From positions 1 to 43,505 of the IMG/VR virus record IMGVR_UViG_3300002307_000092: DNA of 43,505 bases. The stretch is one strand, 5' to 3'. Both the position numbers and the translations under genes were made by a program. The notes beneath the pieces were generated by a model. That model was not told where the DNA came from, searched no databases, and was given only the letters and a program-made list of their open reading frames with translations. Of the stretch, positions 1 through 8,668 are shown piece by piece. Within the stretch, counting starts at the first letter, position 1. Every line of letters starts with the position of its first letter. The DNA is from a virus (lineage: Duplodnaviria > Caudoviricetes).

Positions 1-2
1 TT

Positions 3-155
3 AGAGAACTTGCTATTGAGGTCGGATTTTATGCTAATCCAGATGTTGAAAAATTTGAAAAGTTTGCTGAATTGATTGTAAAGGAATGTATTGATGCAGC
101 GTTTAGAAATGGTGATAATATTGATTATATTAAAGAACATTTCGGGGTTGAATAA
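3..155 (+). CDS. Hypothetical phage protein, 3' part (5'-truncated by window)
   Basis: Open frame ...EKFEKFAELIVKECIDAAF...IKEHFGVE*, stop overlaps ATG at 155. Confidence 0.7.
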   Translation, partial: RELAIEVGFYANPDVEKFEKFAELIVKECIDAAFRNGDNIDYIKEHFGVE

Positions 156-505
156 TGAACTATAAAAAATTATACGCTGCGGTTAAAGATGAATACTCAG
201 ATGATATAGCATTATCTGTCTGTATTGCATATTCAATTCATATGCAAACTGATATTGAAGAGGAGGACTTGACGGATTCTGGACGATATCAGAAACGGGT
301 TGAAGAACAGATACGATATGTTTTATGGGAAAATGATGATATTGACCTTATTATAGATATTGAATCAAGAGTATATACTTGGGAGATTTGTCAAGAGATG
401 GATGGTCTTGGCGGTTGTAAGGCAAAACTATTCAAAGAAATTAAGGGAGTATCTTCACCAAATGCGATCGATGAAGTATTAGAATCTTTCTTGCCCGAAG
501 CGTAA
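155..505 (+). CDS. Hypothetical acidic protein
   Basis: 116-aa ORF, TAATG-coupled to upstream ORF. Confidence 0.75.
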   Translation: MNYKKLYAAVKDEYSDDIALSVCIAYSIHMQTDIEEEDLTDSGRYQKRVEEQIRYVLWENDDIDLIIDIESRVYTWEICQEMDGLGGCKAKLFKEIKGVSSPNAIDEVLESFLPEA

Positions 506-573
506 AAAATTGGTTGACAAGAGCGTAGCCTGAGGCTATACTACACACGAACTTAAACAAACAGGAGACGAGA

Positions 574-729
574 ATGTTTAAATTCCAGAACAGAGCAGAA
601 ACTGAACTTGAAGAAGTATATCGTTTGTTGAATCATCCAGAAGACTTGACTTTGGATGAACTTGAAGAGCTCATGTACCGTGCAAATTATTTGGAACAAG
701 AGCTTGACCGAGAAGAAGAGTTCGCGTAA
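574..729 (+). CDS. Small highly acidic early protein (51 aa)
   Basis: Promoter at 514, SD AGGAG; MFKFQNRAETELEEVY...ELDREEEFA, 16 of 51 residues D/E; below ORF-track cutoff. Confidence 0.75.
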   Translation: MFKFQNRAETELEEVYRLLNHPEDLTLDELEELMYRANYLEQELDREEEFA

Positions 730-763
730 CATACACTTGAACTTACCACAACAGGAGCGCAAA

Positions 764-943
764 ATGAAACGCACAGGCGCCACTAAAGCGGATAAACTGC
801 GCGAACAGATCATGCTTGCAATCAAGGGCCAGTTTGCTTGGGACGAGCTTGTAGATTGGACTGTTGAGAACTTGGAGTTTAAGCGTCCACTAGCTCGTGT
901 GTACGTTAAGAACCTGACCGAAGAGCTTACACAGCACTCATAA
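764..943 (+). CDS. Hypothetical early protein
   Basis: SD AGGAGCG at 753-759; start MKRTGATK (track ORF 656 over-extended). Confidence 0.75.
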   Translation: MKRTGATKADKLREQIMLAIKGQFAWDELVDWTVENLEFKRPLARVYVKNLTEELTQHS

Positions 944-1020
944 ATTGGTTGACAGGTGCGTGTAGTTGTAATATACTACACGCGCTTTCACAATATCACA
1001 TCACTTAAAAAGTAAATCAT

Positions 1021-1329
1021 ATGTCAAAAGTATTCTTTATTCATCGTCGTCGTGTTCTAAACAATGCTATTCAAAGCAATGGTGGGGCAACTATTGCATT
1101 CCGCGAAACTGATGCCGGAATCAAGTTTGCCTTTGCTGAGTGTAGCATTAAGGACAACTTTAGTCGTGCAGTTGGTCGCGCAAAGGCCGCGGGTCGCTTA
1201 AATAGTCCTACGCATGTTCATACAACTGGTTGGAACTTTGACGAGTTTAACAAGTACATGAGTGGTATTCCGGTTCAGTTGTGCTCTTACCGTAAAGGCG
1301 GATTGTTCCAGACTAAGTGGGAAGACTAA
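1021..1329 (+). CDS. Hypothetical early protein
   Basis: Promoter at 949; 102-aa ORF. Confidence 0.8.
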   Translation: MSKVFFIHRRRVLNNAIQSNGGATIAFRETDAGIKFAFAECSIKDNFSRAVGRAKAAGRLNSPTHVHTTGWNFDEFNKYMSGIPVQLCSYRKGGLFQTKWED

Positions 1330-1391
1330 TTGGTTGACATAGTGTGTGTAGGTGCTATACTACACACACTTTCACACAGTAGGAGCGTATA

Positions 1392-1619
1392 ATGTACACG
1401 AAAGAACAAACCCGCGCAATGCTTATGGACGCCGCGATCCTTGTTATGGAGGACAGCTCATATCGCATTATCAATTGCCCAGCTGTAGATGACGAGGATT
1501 CAGACTACATTAGGGCACTGGATGAAGATAACGAGGACGAAGTATCAATTAACATCACGGATATTGACTTGTCCCAGCCAGATGTGCTACTATACAAGTT
1601 CACCCTAATGAATCCTTAA
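1392..1619 (+). CDS. Acidic hypothetical early protein
   Basis: Promoter at 1334, SD GGAGCG at 1382. Confidence 0.8.
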   Translation: MYTKEQTRAMLMDAAILVMEDSSYRIINCPAVDDEDSDYIRALDEDNEDEVSINITDIDLSQPDVLLYKFTLMNP

Positions 1620-1629
1620 GGAGTTGACA

Positions 1630-1794
1630 ATGCGTATTATTGAAGTTACACTACACGGCGAGAACATAGACACGATCTATTGGCAGGGCAAGCGAGACGA
1701 ACTGATTGACATTAAGAAGTCACTTGTTGATCACGACGGCTACGATCCGGCAATTGTAGTAGAAGAAGTGGTTGACGAAAACGTCTTTTGGTAA
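1630..1794 (+). CDS. Small hypothetical protein (54 aa)
   Basis: SD AAGGAG; MRIIEVTLHG...KKSLVDHDGYDPAIVV. Confidence 0.7.
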   Translation: MRIIEVTLHGENIDTIYWQGKRDELIDIKKSLVDHDGYDPAIVVEEVVDENVFW

Positions 1795-1829
1795 TATACT
1801 ACACACGAACTTAAACAAAAGGAGCGAAC

Positions 1830-2051
1830 ATGTATAAGTTTACACAGAAGCAAGTCGACCTCATGGAACTGCTTGGTCACATGACTGACATGGACAAGGA
1901 GATGTGCTACGAAGGATTTCAGGAAGCATATTGGGAACAACGTGCTAATGGTATTCCAGCAGAGAAGAACTTTACAAAGTGGCTTGAGCGTGGTGTACAT
2001 TGGCGCGCACAAGTTAATCGGCTTAAAAAGGTTGACAAGAGCGTAGCCTGA
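1830..2051 (+). CDS. Hypothetical early protein
   Basis: Promoter at 1772, leader GGAGCGAAC. Confidence 0.75.
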   Translation: MYKFTQKQVDLMELLGHMTDMDKEMCYEGFQEAYWEQRANGIPAEKNFTKWLERGVHWRAQVNRLKKVDKSVA

Positions 2052-2092
2052 GGCTATACTACACACGAACTTAAACAAAAGGAGCGAACAAA

Positions 2093-2533
2093 ATGGCTAT
2101 ACGTTCTACTATCGCAATTGAACTGCCCAACGGTAAGATTAAGCAAGTATACTGCCACTGGGATGGCTACTTGTCCTACAACGGTAAAATCCTGCAGGAA
2201 CACTACACTGACGCAAAGAAAGTAGAGAAGTTGATTAGCAAGGGTGCTATTAGCTCGTTGGCGCCGGAGATCGGGCGTAAGCACAAGTTCCAGGATAGCG
2301 GTAAGGGCGTGTGTACGTTTTACGCGCGAGATAGAGGCGAGGCTATTGCTATTAGCCGCTTTAAGAACTTTGACGACTATAGTGCTAATGTAGACGGACA
2401 GGAATACGACTACTTGTTTACCAAGCATGGAAACTGGCGTGTACGTAATTGGCGCACTGACTCCTGGGAACTGCTGTGCGAAGAGATTGTACAGGACGAC
2501 AAGGAACGCGCAGAAGCTAAAGCAATGGCATAA
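2093..2533 (+). CDS. Conserved phage hypothetical protein (YCHWDGY motif)
   Basis: MAIRSTIAI...VYCHWDGY...GKILQEHY...EYDYLF; promoter at 2032. Confidence 0.8.
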   Translation: MAIRSTIAIELPNGKIKQVYCHWDGYLSYNGKILQEHYTDAKKVEKLISKGAISSLAPEIGRKHKFQDSGKGVCTFYARDRGEAIAISRFKNFDDYSANVDGQEYDYLFTKHGNWRVRNWRTDSWELLCEEIVQDDKERAEAKAMA

Positions 2534-2595
2534 ACTGGTTGACAGGTGTGTGTAGTGACCTTATACTACACACACTAACACACCGGAGCGAAGCA

Positions 2596-2862
2596 ATGGC
2601 ACATAAACGACAAGCAGGAGATCGTTGGGGCTTAATCTCCATCGACCTCGTAACTGGAGAGAAGAAGTCAGTTCAGATCGGCTATTGGGAATCTACAACC
2701 TTCCCTTACGTTAAAACAGCTCGTGAATATGCAGAGGGTCTGAATAAAGATGCTATCGCGTTTAATTCTGGTCGACGGTACGAAAGTCGATATATAGGCA
2801 ATTGGAAAACCGGGTATTGCGAAGAAAACAGTGATGTCCATTATTGTGGCGGCGGGTGGTAA
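2596..2862 (+). CDS. Hypothetical early protein
   Basis: Promoter at 2539, SD GGAGCGAA at 2585; start MAHKRQ. Confidence 0.75.
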   Translation: MAHKRQAGDRWGLISIDLVTGEKKSVQIGYWESTTFPYVKTAREYAEGLNKDAIAFNSGRRYESRYIGNWKTGYCEENSDVHYCGGGW

Positions 2863-2930
2863 AAACGGTTGACAAGTGCATAGTGTGACCTTATACTACA
2901 CACACTTAAACACACAACAGGAGCACAACA

Positions 2931-3494
2931 ATGCCTAATCATTGCAACAACTATCTTGTCCTGGGCCACAAAGACGCACGTGAAATTGGTCGTGCTAAAC
3001 TTGCTATCCTTAACGATTCATTCTTCCAAGAGTTCCACCCGTGCCCGCAGGACTTGCTTGATACTACTGCTGGATACTTGTCGGGTGATGCACAGAAGGA
3101 ACTTGAAGCAAAGACCAAGTCCAATCTGGAAAAGTACGGGTTTGGTAACTGGTACGATTGGTGTAGTGCTAATTGGGGCACGAAGTGGGACGCATATTAC
3201 ATTGAGCTTGTATCAGAGCACTACGAAGGCGACACAGCGGAATTGACGGTGACTTTTGATACTGCGTGGGCTCCGCCAATTGAGTTCTATAACGAGCTTG
3301 TTGAGCAAGGCTTTGCAGTAGACGCAATGTATCACGAGTTCGGGTGTGCGTTCTGCGGGCACTACACTGACGGGACTGATCATTATGTTGAGTACACTGG
3401 CGAGACTTTGGACAGCATTCCTGCAGAAATCGACGAGCAGTTTGGCATTACCGATGCGGTTGCTGAATGGGATAAGGAAGAAGAGGAATCGTAA
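2931..3494 (+). CDS. DUF1281/YubB-like (Api92-like) ferredoxin-fold protein
   Basis: MPNHCNN, WYDWC..NWGTKWD, FDTAWAPP and Y.E.G..FCG motifs. Confidence 0.75.
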   Translation: MPNHCNNYLVLGHKDAREIGRAKLAILNDSFFQEFHPCPQDLLDTTAGYLSGDAQKELEAKTKSNLEKYGFGNWYDWCSANWGTKWDAYYIELVSEHYEGDTAELTVTFDTAWAPPIEFYNELVEQGFAVDAMYHEFGCAFCGHYTDGTDHYVEYTGETLDSIPAEIDEQFGITDAVAEWDKEEEES

Positions 3495-3558
3495 AATTTA
3501 GTTGACAATAGTGTGTGTGGCTGTATACTACACACACTAACACAATGGAGCAAATACA

Positions 3559-3975
3559 ATGACCTCACAAATTACAGCTGAACTTGTCAAACTTCAGGCC
3601 CAAGCATCATCTCTTCTTAAACAAAAAGACATGGCAGAACGTCAGGCATTGATTGATTACGATCAAAGCGGCAAGGTTCCAGATCTAAAGTTCTTCAAAT
3701 CCCTTGCTAAACACCTCCTTCCAGAAAACACTATAATCGATCACGAAGTCGACGATGGATGTGAGATTTTTTGGTTCGACAATGGGTATTCTTGTATCGT
3801 TAAGTATAAAGGTAAATGGATAGTAGAGAGTGACGGGTTTAGTAAACTTGATGATTGCGAAGATGTTTACGACACACGCATTGACGCATTTGGACATGTG
3901 TGCAGAGATTTTGCCGATCGCCAAACATACAATATTCGTGAAAAACTCCTTAATTCCATTCTATACGAAGATTGA
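3559..3975 (+). CDS. Hypothetical early protein
   Basis: Promoter at 3502, SD GGAG. Confidence 0.75.
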   Translation: MTSQITAELVKLQAQASSLLKQKDMAERQALIDYDQSGKVPDLKFFKSLAKHLLPENTIIDHEVDDGCEIFWFDNGYSCIVKYKGKWIVESDGFSKLDDCEDVYDTRIDAFGHVCRDFADRQTYNIREKLLNSILYED

Positions 3976-4157
3976 TTAGTTGACATCTAGCCTAATTTGA
4001 CTATCCTAGTACGACTAAGGAGTTTATGGACCTTGAGATTGATTCGCTGTTGTGGCCGCCGAACAAGTATTATATTGAGCTGCATGTGGACAATTCAATT
4101 GACAAGTGTTTTTGGTGAAAATATACTATACACACTTACTTAAACAGGAGCGAAGCA

Positions 4158-4322
4158 ATGGAAACCAAAGTAATAAGCAGAATGAATGTAGCATTGTACC
4201 ACATCGAAGCCGCTATGGCAGAACTGTCTTGGATCGGTGGAATTGACTACTTGGAAGAAGGGTTGACTAAGCTGGCAACGAATCTGGAAGAAGAAATTAC
4301 GGAATTGGAAAGTATTGGTTGA
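4158..4322 (+). CDS. Small acidic hypothetical protein (54 aa)
   Basis: Promoter at 4099, SD GGAGCGAA at 4147; METKVISRMN...EITELESIG*. Confidence 0.75.
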   Translation: METKVISRMNVALYHIEAAMAELSWIGGIDYLEEGLTKLATNLEEEITELESIG

Positions 4323-4379
4323 CAGGTGAATAGTCATCTAGTATACTATGCACTTACTTAAACACAAACGGAGCGAAAG

Positions 4380-4730
4380 ATGAACGTTAATGCTACACTT
4401 CACACTAATGGTAATGGTCTTTGGTCCAGCAAGGCTCGCGCTGTACGCATCACCGAACTGCGTGTAATTGACTTTAGCTACGATGGGGAAGCATACGGCG
4501 AACTGCGTGTACGCTTTGACAAGAACGACTGGGACTGCGAGCACGATGGCGACATCTATACCGACCCCTTGTTTAAGAAGGAGTTGAAGGAATGGTTGAC
4601 TGCTAACGGCTTTGATGCTAAGGGTGTTGGCTATAGCGAGTACGGTATGCAGGGCAATAGCTATGTGAGCTTGGATGTAGGCCCGGAGTTTATGGCAAGT
4701 TGGCAGGAGAAGACTGCTGTAGTCGCATAA
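4380..4730 (+). CDS. Conserved phage hypothetical protein
   Basis: Promoter at 4319, SD at 4370; GDIYTD..F and YSEYGMQG motifs. Confidence 0.8.
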   Translation: MNVNATLHTNGNGLWSSKARAVRITELRVIDFSYDGEAYGELRVRFDKNDWDCEHDGDIYTDPLFKKELKEWLTANGFDAKGVGYSEYGMQGNSYVSLDVGPEFMASWQEKTAVVA

Positions 4731-4792
4731 ATTGGTTGACAAGTGTGTGTATGGTGCTATACTGTACACACACTAACACAACGGAGCGACAA

Positions 4793-5143
4793 ATGAAAGT
4801 GTTTGTATACTTTAACCTGCATAAGAAGTGCTTCTCCATTAAAGCATTAGAGGGCGACTGCAAAGGGCGCGTAGTAGCACACCGCACAGCCCTTACACTA
4901 CACGATGTTACTTTCAAAGTATCAGAAGCGGGTAGACAGCGTGTGTTGCGCGAGCGTAAGAAGAACGTACACGCGGGCGTAGTAGGGCATTGGGCCGGCT
5001 ACGATCACTTAACAGCAGACGCTTGCACTACATCCGTTACCTACAACCCATACAAGTTCGACTCGTTCGTGTATGCAAGCGACAGCGCACCCATTGAGCA
5101 AGCACAAAACGCATTGCTTGTCAATAGAAAGATTTTTGTATAA
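4793..5143 (+). CDS. Conserved phage hypothetical protein
   Basis: Start MKVFVYFNLHKK after SD at 4783; FKVSEAGRQRVLRERKKNVHA and YNPYK motifs. Confidence 0.8.
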   Translation: MKVFVYFNLHKKCFSIKALEGDCKGRVVAHRTALTLHDVTFKVSEAGRQRVLRERKKNVHAGVVGHWAGYDHLTADACTTSVTYNPYKFDSFVYASDSAPIEQAQNALLVNRKIFV

Positions 5144-5212
5144 AGTGGTTGACAAAAGTGTGTATGGTGCTATACTATACACACTTAGAGCAAAGCAACA
5201 AAGGAGCGTAAG

Positions 5213-5482
5213 ATGGATATTAGTAACATTGCAAAAGTATACAGTGGCAAGTGTGGCTGTATGTGCGGCTGCTTAGGCAAGTATCGTTACAACGAGGGTG
5301 TAGCACACGAAGACTGGCAGGGTGCTGTAAGTGTGCGTAGCGTTAAGATTATGGCAAAAAAAGTCTTGACAAATCCAAATGTTAAGTTTGACGAAGACGG
5401 CGGGTATGCTTACGTTGAAGATCGAGTCGCTAACAAGAACCAATTAGTATACTTTAAAACACCACAGGTTGTCAAGGCCTAA
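5213..5482 (+). CDS. Hypothetical early protein (Cys-rich CGCMCGC motif)
   Basis: Promoter at 5149, SD at 5203. Confidence 0.8.
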   Translation: MDISNIAKVYSGKCGCMCGCLGKYRYNEGVAHEDWQGAVSVRSVKIMAKKVLTNPNVKFDEDGGYAYVEDRVANKNQLVYFKTPQVVKA

Positions 5483-5552
5483 ATTAATGGTTGACAAGTG
5501 CATAGTGTGACCTTATACTATGCACTTACTTAAACACAAACGGAGCGAAACA

Positions 5553-5768
5553 ATGTCTTACTGTCGTTTCCACAATACTCTGTCAGCCTTGCGCGAATGT
5601 GTATACGCAATGGACGAAGCGTATAACTTAAAGGATATGGACCTTAGCGAAGACGAAGCTCATGCCGCAAAGCGCCTGTATAGCTATGCTCAGCAGTATG
5701 TAGAACAGGTTGAACGATTGACTTTTGCAGATACTTTTGAGGACAAAAATGAAGAAGTGGATTATTGA
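5553..5768 (+). CDS. Conserved acidic phage protein (MSYCRF)
   Basis: Promoter at 5491, SD at 5542. Confidence 0.8.
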   Translation: MSYCRFHNTLSALRECVYAMDEAYNLKDMDLSEDEAHAAKRLYSYAQQYVEQVERLTFADTFEDKNEEVDY

Positions 5769-5955
5769 TTGGTACTGCGCGTTCATTGCACAGGTTGTAG
5801 TTATGTTCATTCCGATGACTTACTTTAGCGCACAGTTTGCGGACTTTATAGCGCACTGAGACCCCGCTGTTATGCGTGTGCGTGTTAGCAGATAAAGGTT
5901 GACACGCGCACACACTTTATGTATACTACACACACTTAGAGCAAAGGAGCGTGAC

Positions 5956-6156
5956 ATGGCATACACAGTTTGGCAACGTAACACAGACTTTGGTCCGCGT
6001 AAGGGACTCGAAGGACCATTTGACTACCCCAATGGACGGGTGCTATACTATGATCCTACGGAAGGTGACTACTGGGATCCGCTGACAGACTTTTATGTTC
6101 CGCGTGATGAAGTAGTAGATTTACAACGAATGATCTTTGATAAGATTCAAGGATAA
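5956..6156 (+). CDS. Conserved phage hypothetical protein
   Basis: GLEGPF.YPNGRVLYYDP.EG.YWDP.TD motif; SD at 5946. Confidence 0.8.
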   Translation: MAYTVWQRNTDFGPRKGLEGPFDYPNGRVLYYDPTEGDYWDPLTDFYVPRDEVVDLQRMIFDKIQG

Positions 6157-6188
6157 CAGTGTACGCGGGTGTGGTGAAATCGGTATAC

Positions 6189-6323
6189 CCATTAACATAT
6201 AAAGGCGCTTCATCGGGCGGAAAAGCTCGTAAAGGAAAACAGTTATCAGAAGAACATAAAAAAAAGATTGCAGATTCTATAAAAAGGAAATACAATACAA
6301 AGAATAATGCTCCGGTGGCGTAA
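6189..6323 (+). pseudogene. C-terminal remnant of a homing endonuclease (NUMOD3-like motif)
   Basis: Translates ...ARKGKQLSEEHKKKIADSIKRKYNTKNNAPVA*; stop lies inside the tRNA-Leu; no nuclease domain. Confidence 0.7.
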
Positions 6324-6393
6324 TTGGTAGCCGCAATGGACTTAAAATCCATCGATTTCTATCGTGTCGGTTCGAGTCCGACCCGGAGCACCA
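6309..6393 (+). tRNA. tRNA-Leu(UAA)
   Basis: Acceptor GCTCCGG/CCGGAGC, anticodon arm ATGGA-CTTAAAA-TCCAT, long variable arm, TTCGAGT loop, CCA. Confidence 0.95.
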
Positions 6394-6439
6394 TTTTGAG
6401 GCTTGACGGTTCAAGTCCGTCCACCCACACCAAGTTAAC

Positions 6440-6477
6440 GGCGCACACTCGATTCGCTCCCGAGGTTAACGTGCGCC
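6440..6477 (+). ncRNA. Hairpin with loop AUUCGCUCC (antisense to early SD GGAGCGAA)
   Basis: Stems GGCGCAC/GTGCGCC and CTCG/CGAG close loop 6452-6460. Confidence 0.65.
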
Positions 6478-6504
6478 AATTATTTTACAACAAAGGAGAA
6501 TGAT

Positions 6505-6723
6505 ATGTCGAATGTAATTGAAACCATTAATGATAAGATCGCAAAGCGTGATGAAGACTTCCGCATTTACACTTACGACAACGGTTACCTGATCGAACTT
6601 GGCGGCCGTGATAGCGAAGATGAATGGGTTACCGCTAAGGTGTTTGCAACTACGATTGCCGAAGTCCAAGAAGCAGTAGAACACATCTTGACCAACATTC
6701 CACAACTCGTAATTAATGGTTGA
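6505..6723 (+). CDS. Hypothetical protein
   Basis: SD AAGGAG; YDNGYLIELGGRD motif. Confidence 0.8.
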   Translation: MSNVIETINDKIAKRDEDFRIYTYDNGYLIELGGRDSEDEWVTAKVFATTIAEVQEAVEHILTNIPQLVING

Positions 6724-6782
6724 CAGGTGCATAGTATGATCGTATACTATGCACTTACTTAAACACAAACGGAGCGAAACAA

Positions 6783-7037
6783 ATGATCAAGTTTAGAATC
6801 GGCGCATTGATTGAAATGTTCCCTAAGAACCCAACTGCACGTCCGGGCAACTATCCCTACAAGGCACACACTGGTTGGATCCCCATGGACTTTTTTGAAC
6901 AGTTTGAATCCGAAATCCGTGAGACGATGAAGGAGCACGGTATGCGTGTATGGTATCGTGGTCCGCGCGATCATGTTCCACACGCGGCAGCAACGCTTCG
7001 TAAGAACGCTACTCACGCTGTACTGTATCGCGTATGA
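6783..7037 (+). CDS. Hypothetical early protein
   Basis: Promoter at 6720, SD GGAGCGAA at 6771. Confidence 0.8.
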   Translation: MIKFRIGALIEMFPKNPTARPGNYPYKAHTGWIPMDFFEQFESEIRETMKEHGMRVWYRGPRDHVPHAAATLRKNATHAVLYRV

Positions 7038-7391
7038 AGAACTTTATACTGGGGGTACTGTTTACACTTGCTGTACTGTATCCCCAGTATTCGGTACCTA
7101 AGATACAATCGTTCATGCATTGGTCACATGGATGGATGATGTCGATTGTTAAGTGGATGAGTGGTTGACAAGCATAAAGTTCGGTACTATACTATGCACT
7201 TACTTAAACACAAATGGGGCGCAAAATGAACAACGTTATTAACGAACACAAGCTGTGTGAAAACGATTACGACGGCGAGCAGATTCTGTGGAATAATATA
7301 GAAGACGATTATAATGACATTCATGATTTAGATGCAGTAGCAGTTCTTTATAAGACGTTTGACTATTAATTGTAATATCTAGGAGCAAGTA

Positions 7392-7568
7392 ATGAAGACT
7401 TACACCGTCATTTTTAATCTATACGATAACAAGGATCATTCCAGCTACGGTTCTAACAACCAAATTAGAACTACAATCCAGGCAAACGGATATCAACAAG
7501 TCCTTCAAATGATCGAAGCGCAATACAACGGCTGTGCAGGCAACATTATGGTAACGGAGGCACGATGA
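7392..7568 (+). CDS. Small hypothetical protein (58 aa)
   Basis: SD AGGAG; ATGA overlap with the ATPase gene. Confidence 0.7.
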   Translation: MKTYTVIFNLYDNKDHSSYGSNNQIRTTIQANGYQQVLQMIEAQYNGCAGNIMVTEAR

Positions 7569-8419
7569 GCAGAATGATCACCCCTGATACCATTAATAAG
7601 CTAACTTCGCCAAAGGATATTGCTTTAGCGCCAGTACCCGAGTCCAAAGAGACAGATGCAGAAATTATCGAACGCATGAGAAGTCGATTTGCAGTTCTTG
7701 ATGATATGACCCGCGCAGTTAAAGGCGGCCATGTTCGCGCAATGATCGTTACTGGGGCTCCGGGCGTTGGTAAGAGTTTTGGTGTAGAACAGGTATTAAG
7801 CAAGCATGATGTCTTTGCTGAGGTAGCTAATGATTCGAAACTCAAGCAGTACGAGATTGTCAAAGGTGCGATGTCAGCACTAGGACTGTATAAGAAGCTA
7901 TACGAATACTCTGATCGTAAGTCTATTGTAGTGTTTGACGACTGTGATTCAATCTTACTAGATGATGTTAGTCTTAACATCCTTAAGGCAGCACTAGACA
8001 GCTCTAAGAAGCGTACAATTAGCTGGAATACGGATAGTAGAAGTTTGAAACAAGAAGGTGTGCCCCAAACGTTTGAATTCAAAGGTGGCTGCATCTTTAT
8101 TACCAATATCAATTTTGAAAATGTTAAATCAAAGAAGTTAAGGGATCATTTGGACGCATTAGAATCACGCTGCCATTATTTGGATCTAACCATTAATACC
8201 GAACGTGAGAAGATGCTACGTATCAAACAGATTGTTAATGACGGCATGTTGAATGATTATGAATTCCAAGAGTTCGAAAAGGAAGAACTTGTTGAGTTTA
8301 TTAATGTAAATAGAAAAAAGATGCGTGAACTTTCACTTCGTGCTGTACTCAAGTTAGCGGACCTACGCAAGAGTATGCACAACTGGAAGCATGTTGCATC
8401 AGTTACTATGATGAGATAA
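7565..8419 (+). CDS. AAA+ family ATPase
   Basis: Walker A GAPGVGKS, Walker B VVFDDCD, IFITN sensor-1, ALESR arginine finger. Confidence 0.9.
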   Translation: MSRMITPDTINKLTSPKDIALAPVPESKETDAEIIERMRSRFAVLDDMTRAVKGGHVRAMIVTGAPGVGKSFGVEQVLSKHDVFAEVANDSKLKQYEIVKGAMSALGLYKKLYEYSDRKSIVVFDDCDSILLDDVSLNILKAALDSSKKRTISWNTDSRSLKQEGVPQTFEFKGGCIFITNINFENVKSKKLRDHLDALESRCHYLDLTINTEREKMLRIKQIVNDGMLNDYEFQEFEKEELVEFINVNRKKMRELSLRAVLKLADLRKSMHNWKHVASVTMMR

Positions 8420-8548
8420 GTGATCACAAAGATATTTGATTACAAGAATTAACGTTATGATCATCATAACAACCACGGATGGTTTTAAATCTTGTAGACA
8501 AATATGTGTATGCAAAGATAATATAATTAAGAACGAAGCATACACATA

Positions 8549-8668
8549 GCAACATCGTAATTCGCTCCTATGATGTTGTACAACAACTGACACATGACGA
8601 ATCGCTCCCGGCATGTGTCTATTTTTAAAACCCTAGTCCGATTCGCTCCCGGCACTAGGGTTTCTTTT
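8549..8668 (+). ncRNA. Three-hairpin RNA with repeated A(U/A)UCGCUCC loops; last hairpin doubles as terminator
   Basis: Loops 8560-8568, 8600-8608, 8641-8649 on three unrelated stems; G-U pairs favour + strand; T-rich tail. Confidence 0.8.

Larger units (their letters stand above)
6165..6432 (+). pseudogene. Disrupted outer tRNA (Leu-like): 5' part 6165-6188, 3' part 6398-6432
   Basis: GCGGGTGTGGTGAAATCGGTATAC ... GACGGTTCAAGTCCGTC-CACCCAC-ACCA; acceptor halves pair 6 of 7. Confidence 0.8.

Noticed and set aside
4041-4050. Further copy of the ATTCGCTCC loop (GATTCGCTGT)
   Set aside because: Lacks the CC and a convincing flanking stem
512-7230. CRISPR-like repeat/spacer array
   Set aside because: Repeats are degenerate promoter-RBS modules and the 'spacers' are 150-600 nt ORFs; no cas genes
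8549-8668. CsrA/RsmA sponge on the minus strand (GGA loops)
   Set aside because: G-U pairs and the T-tail fit the + strand; on the minus strand they become A-C mismatches. Disfavoured rather than excluded
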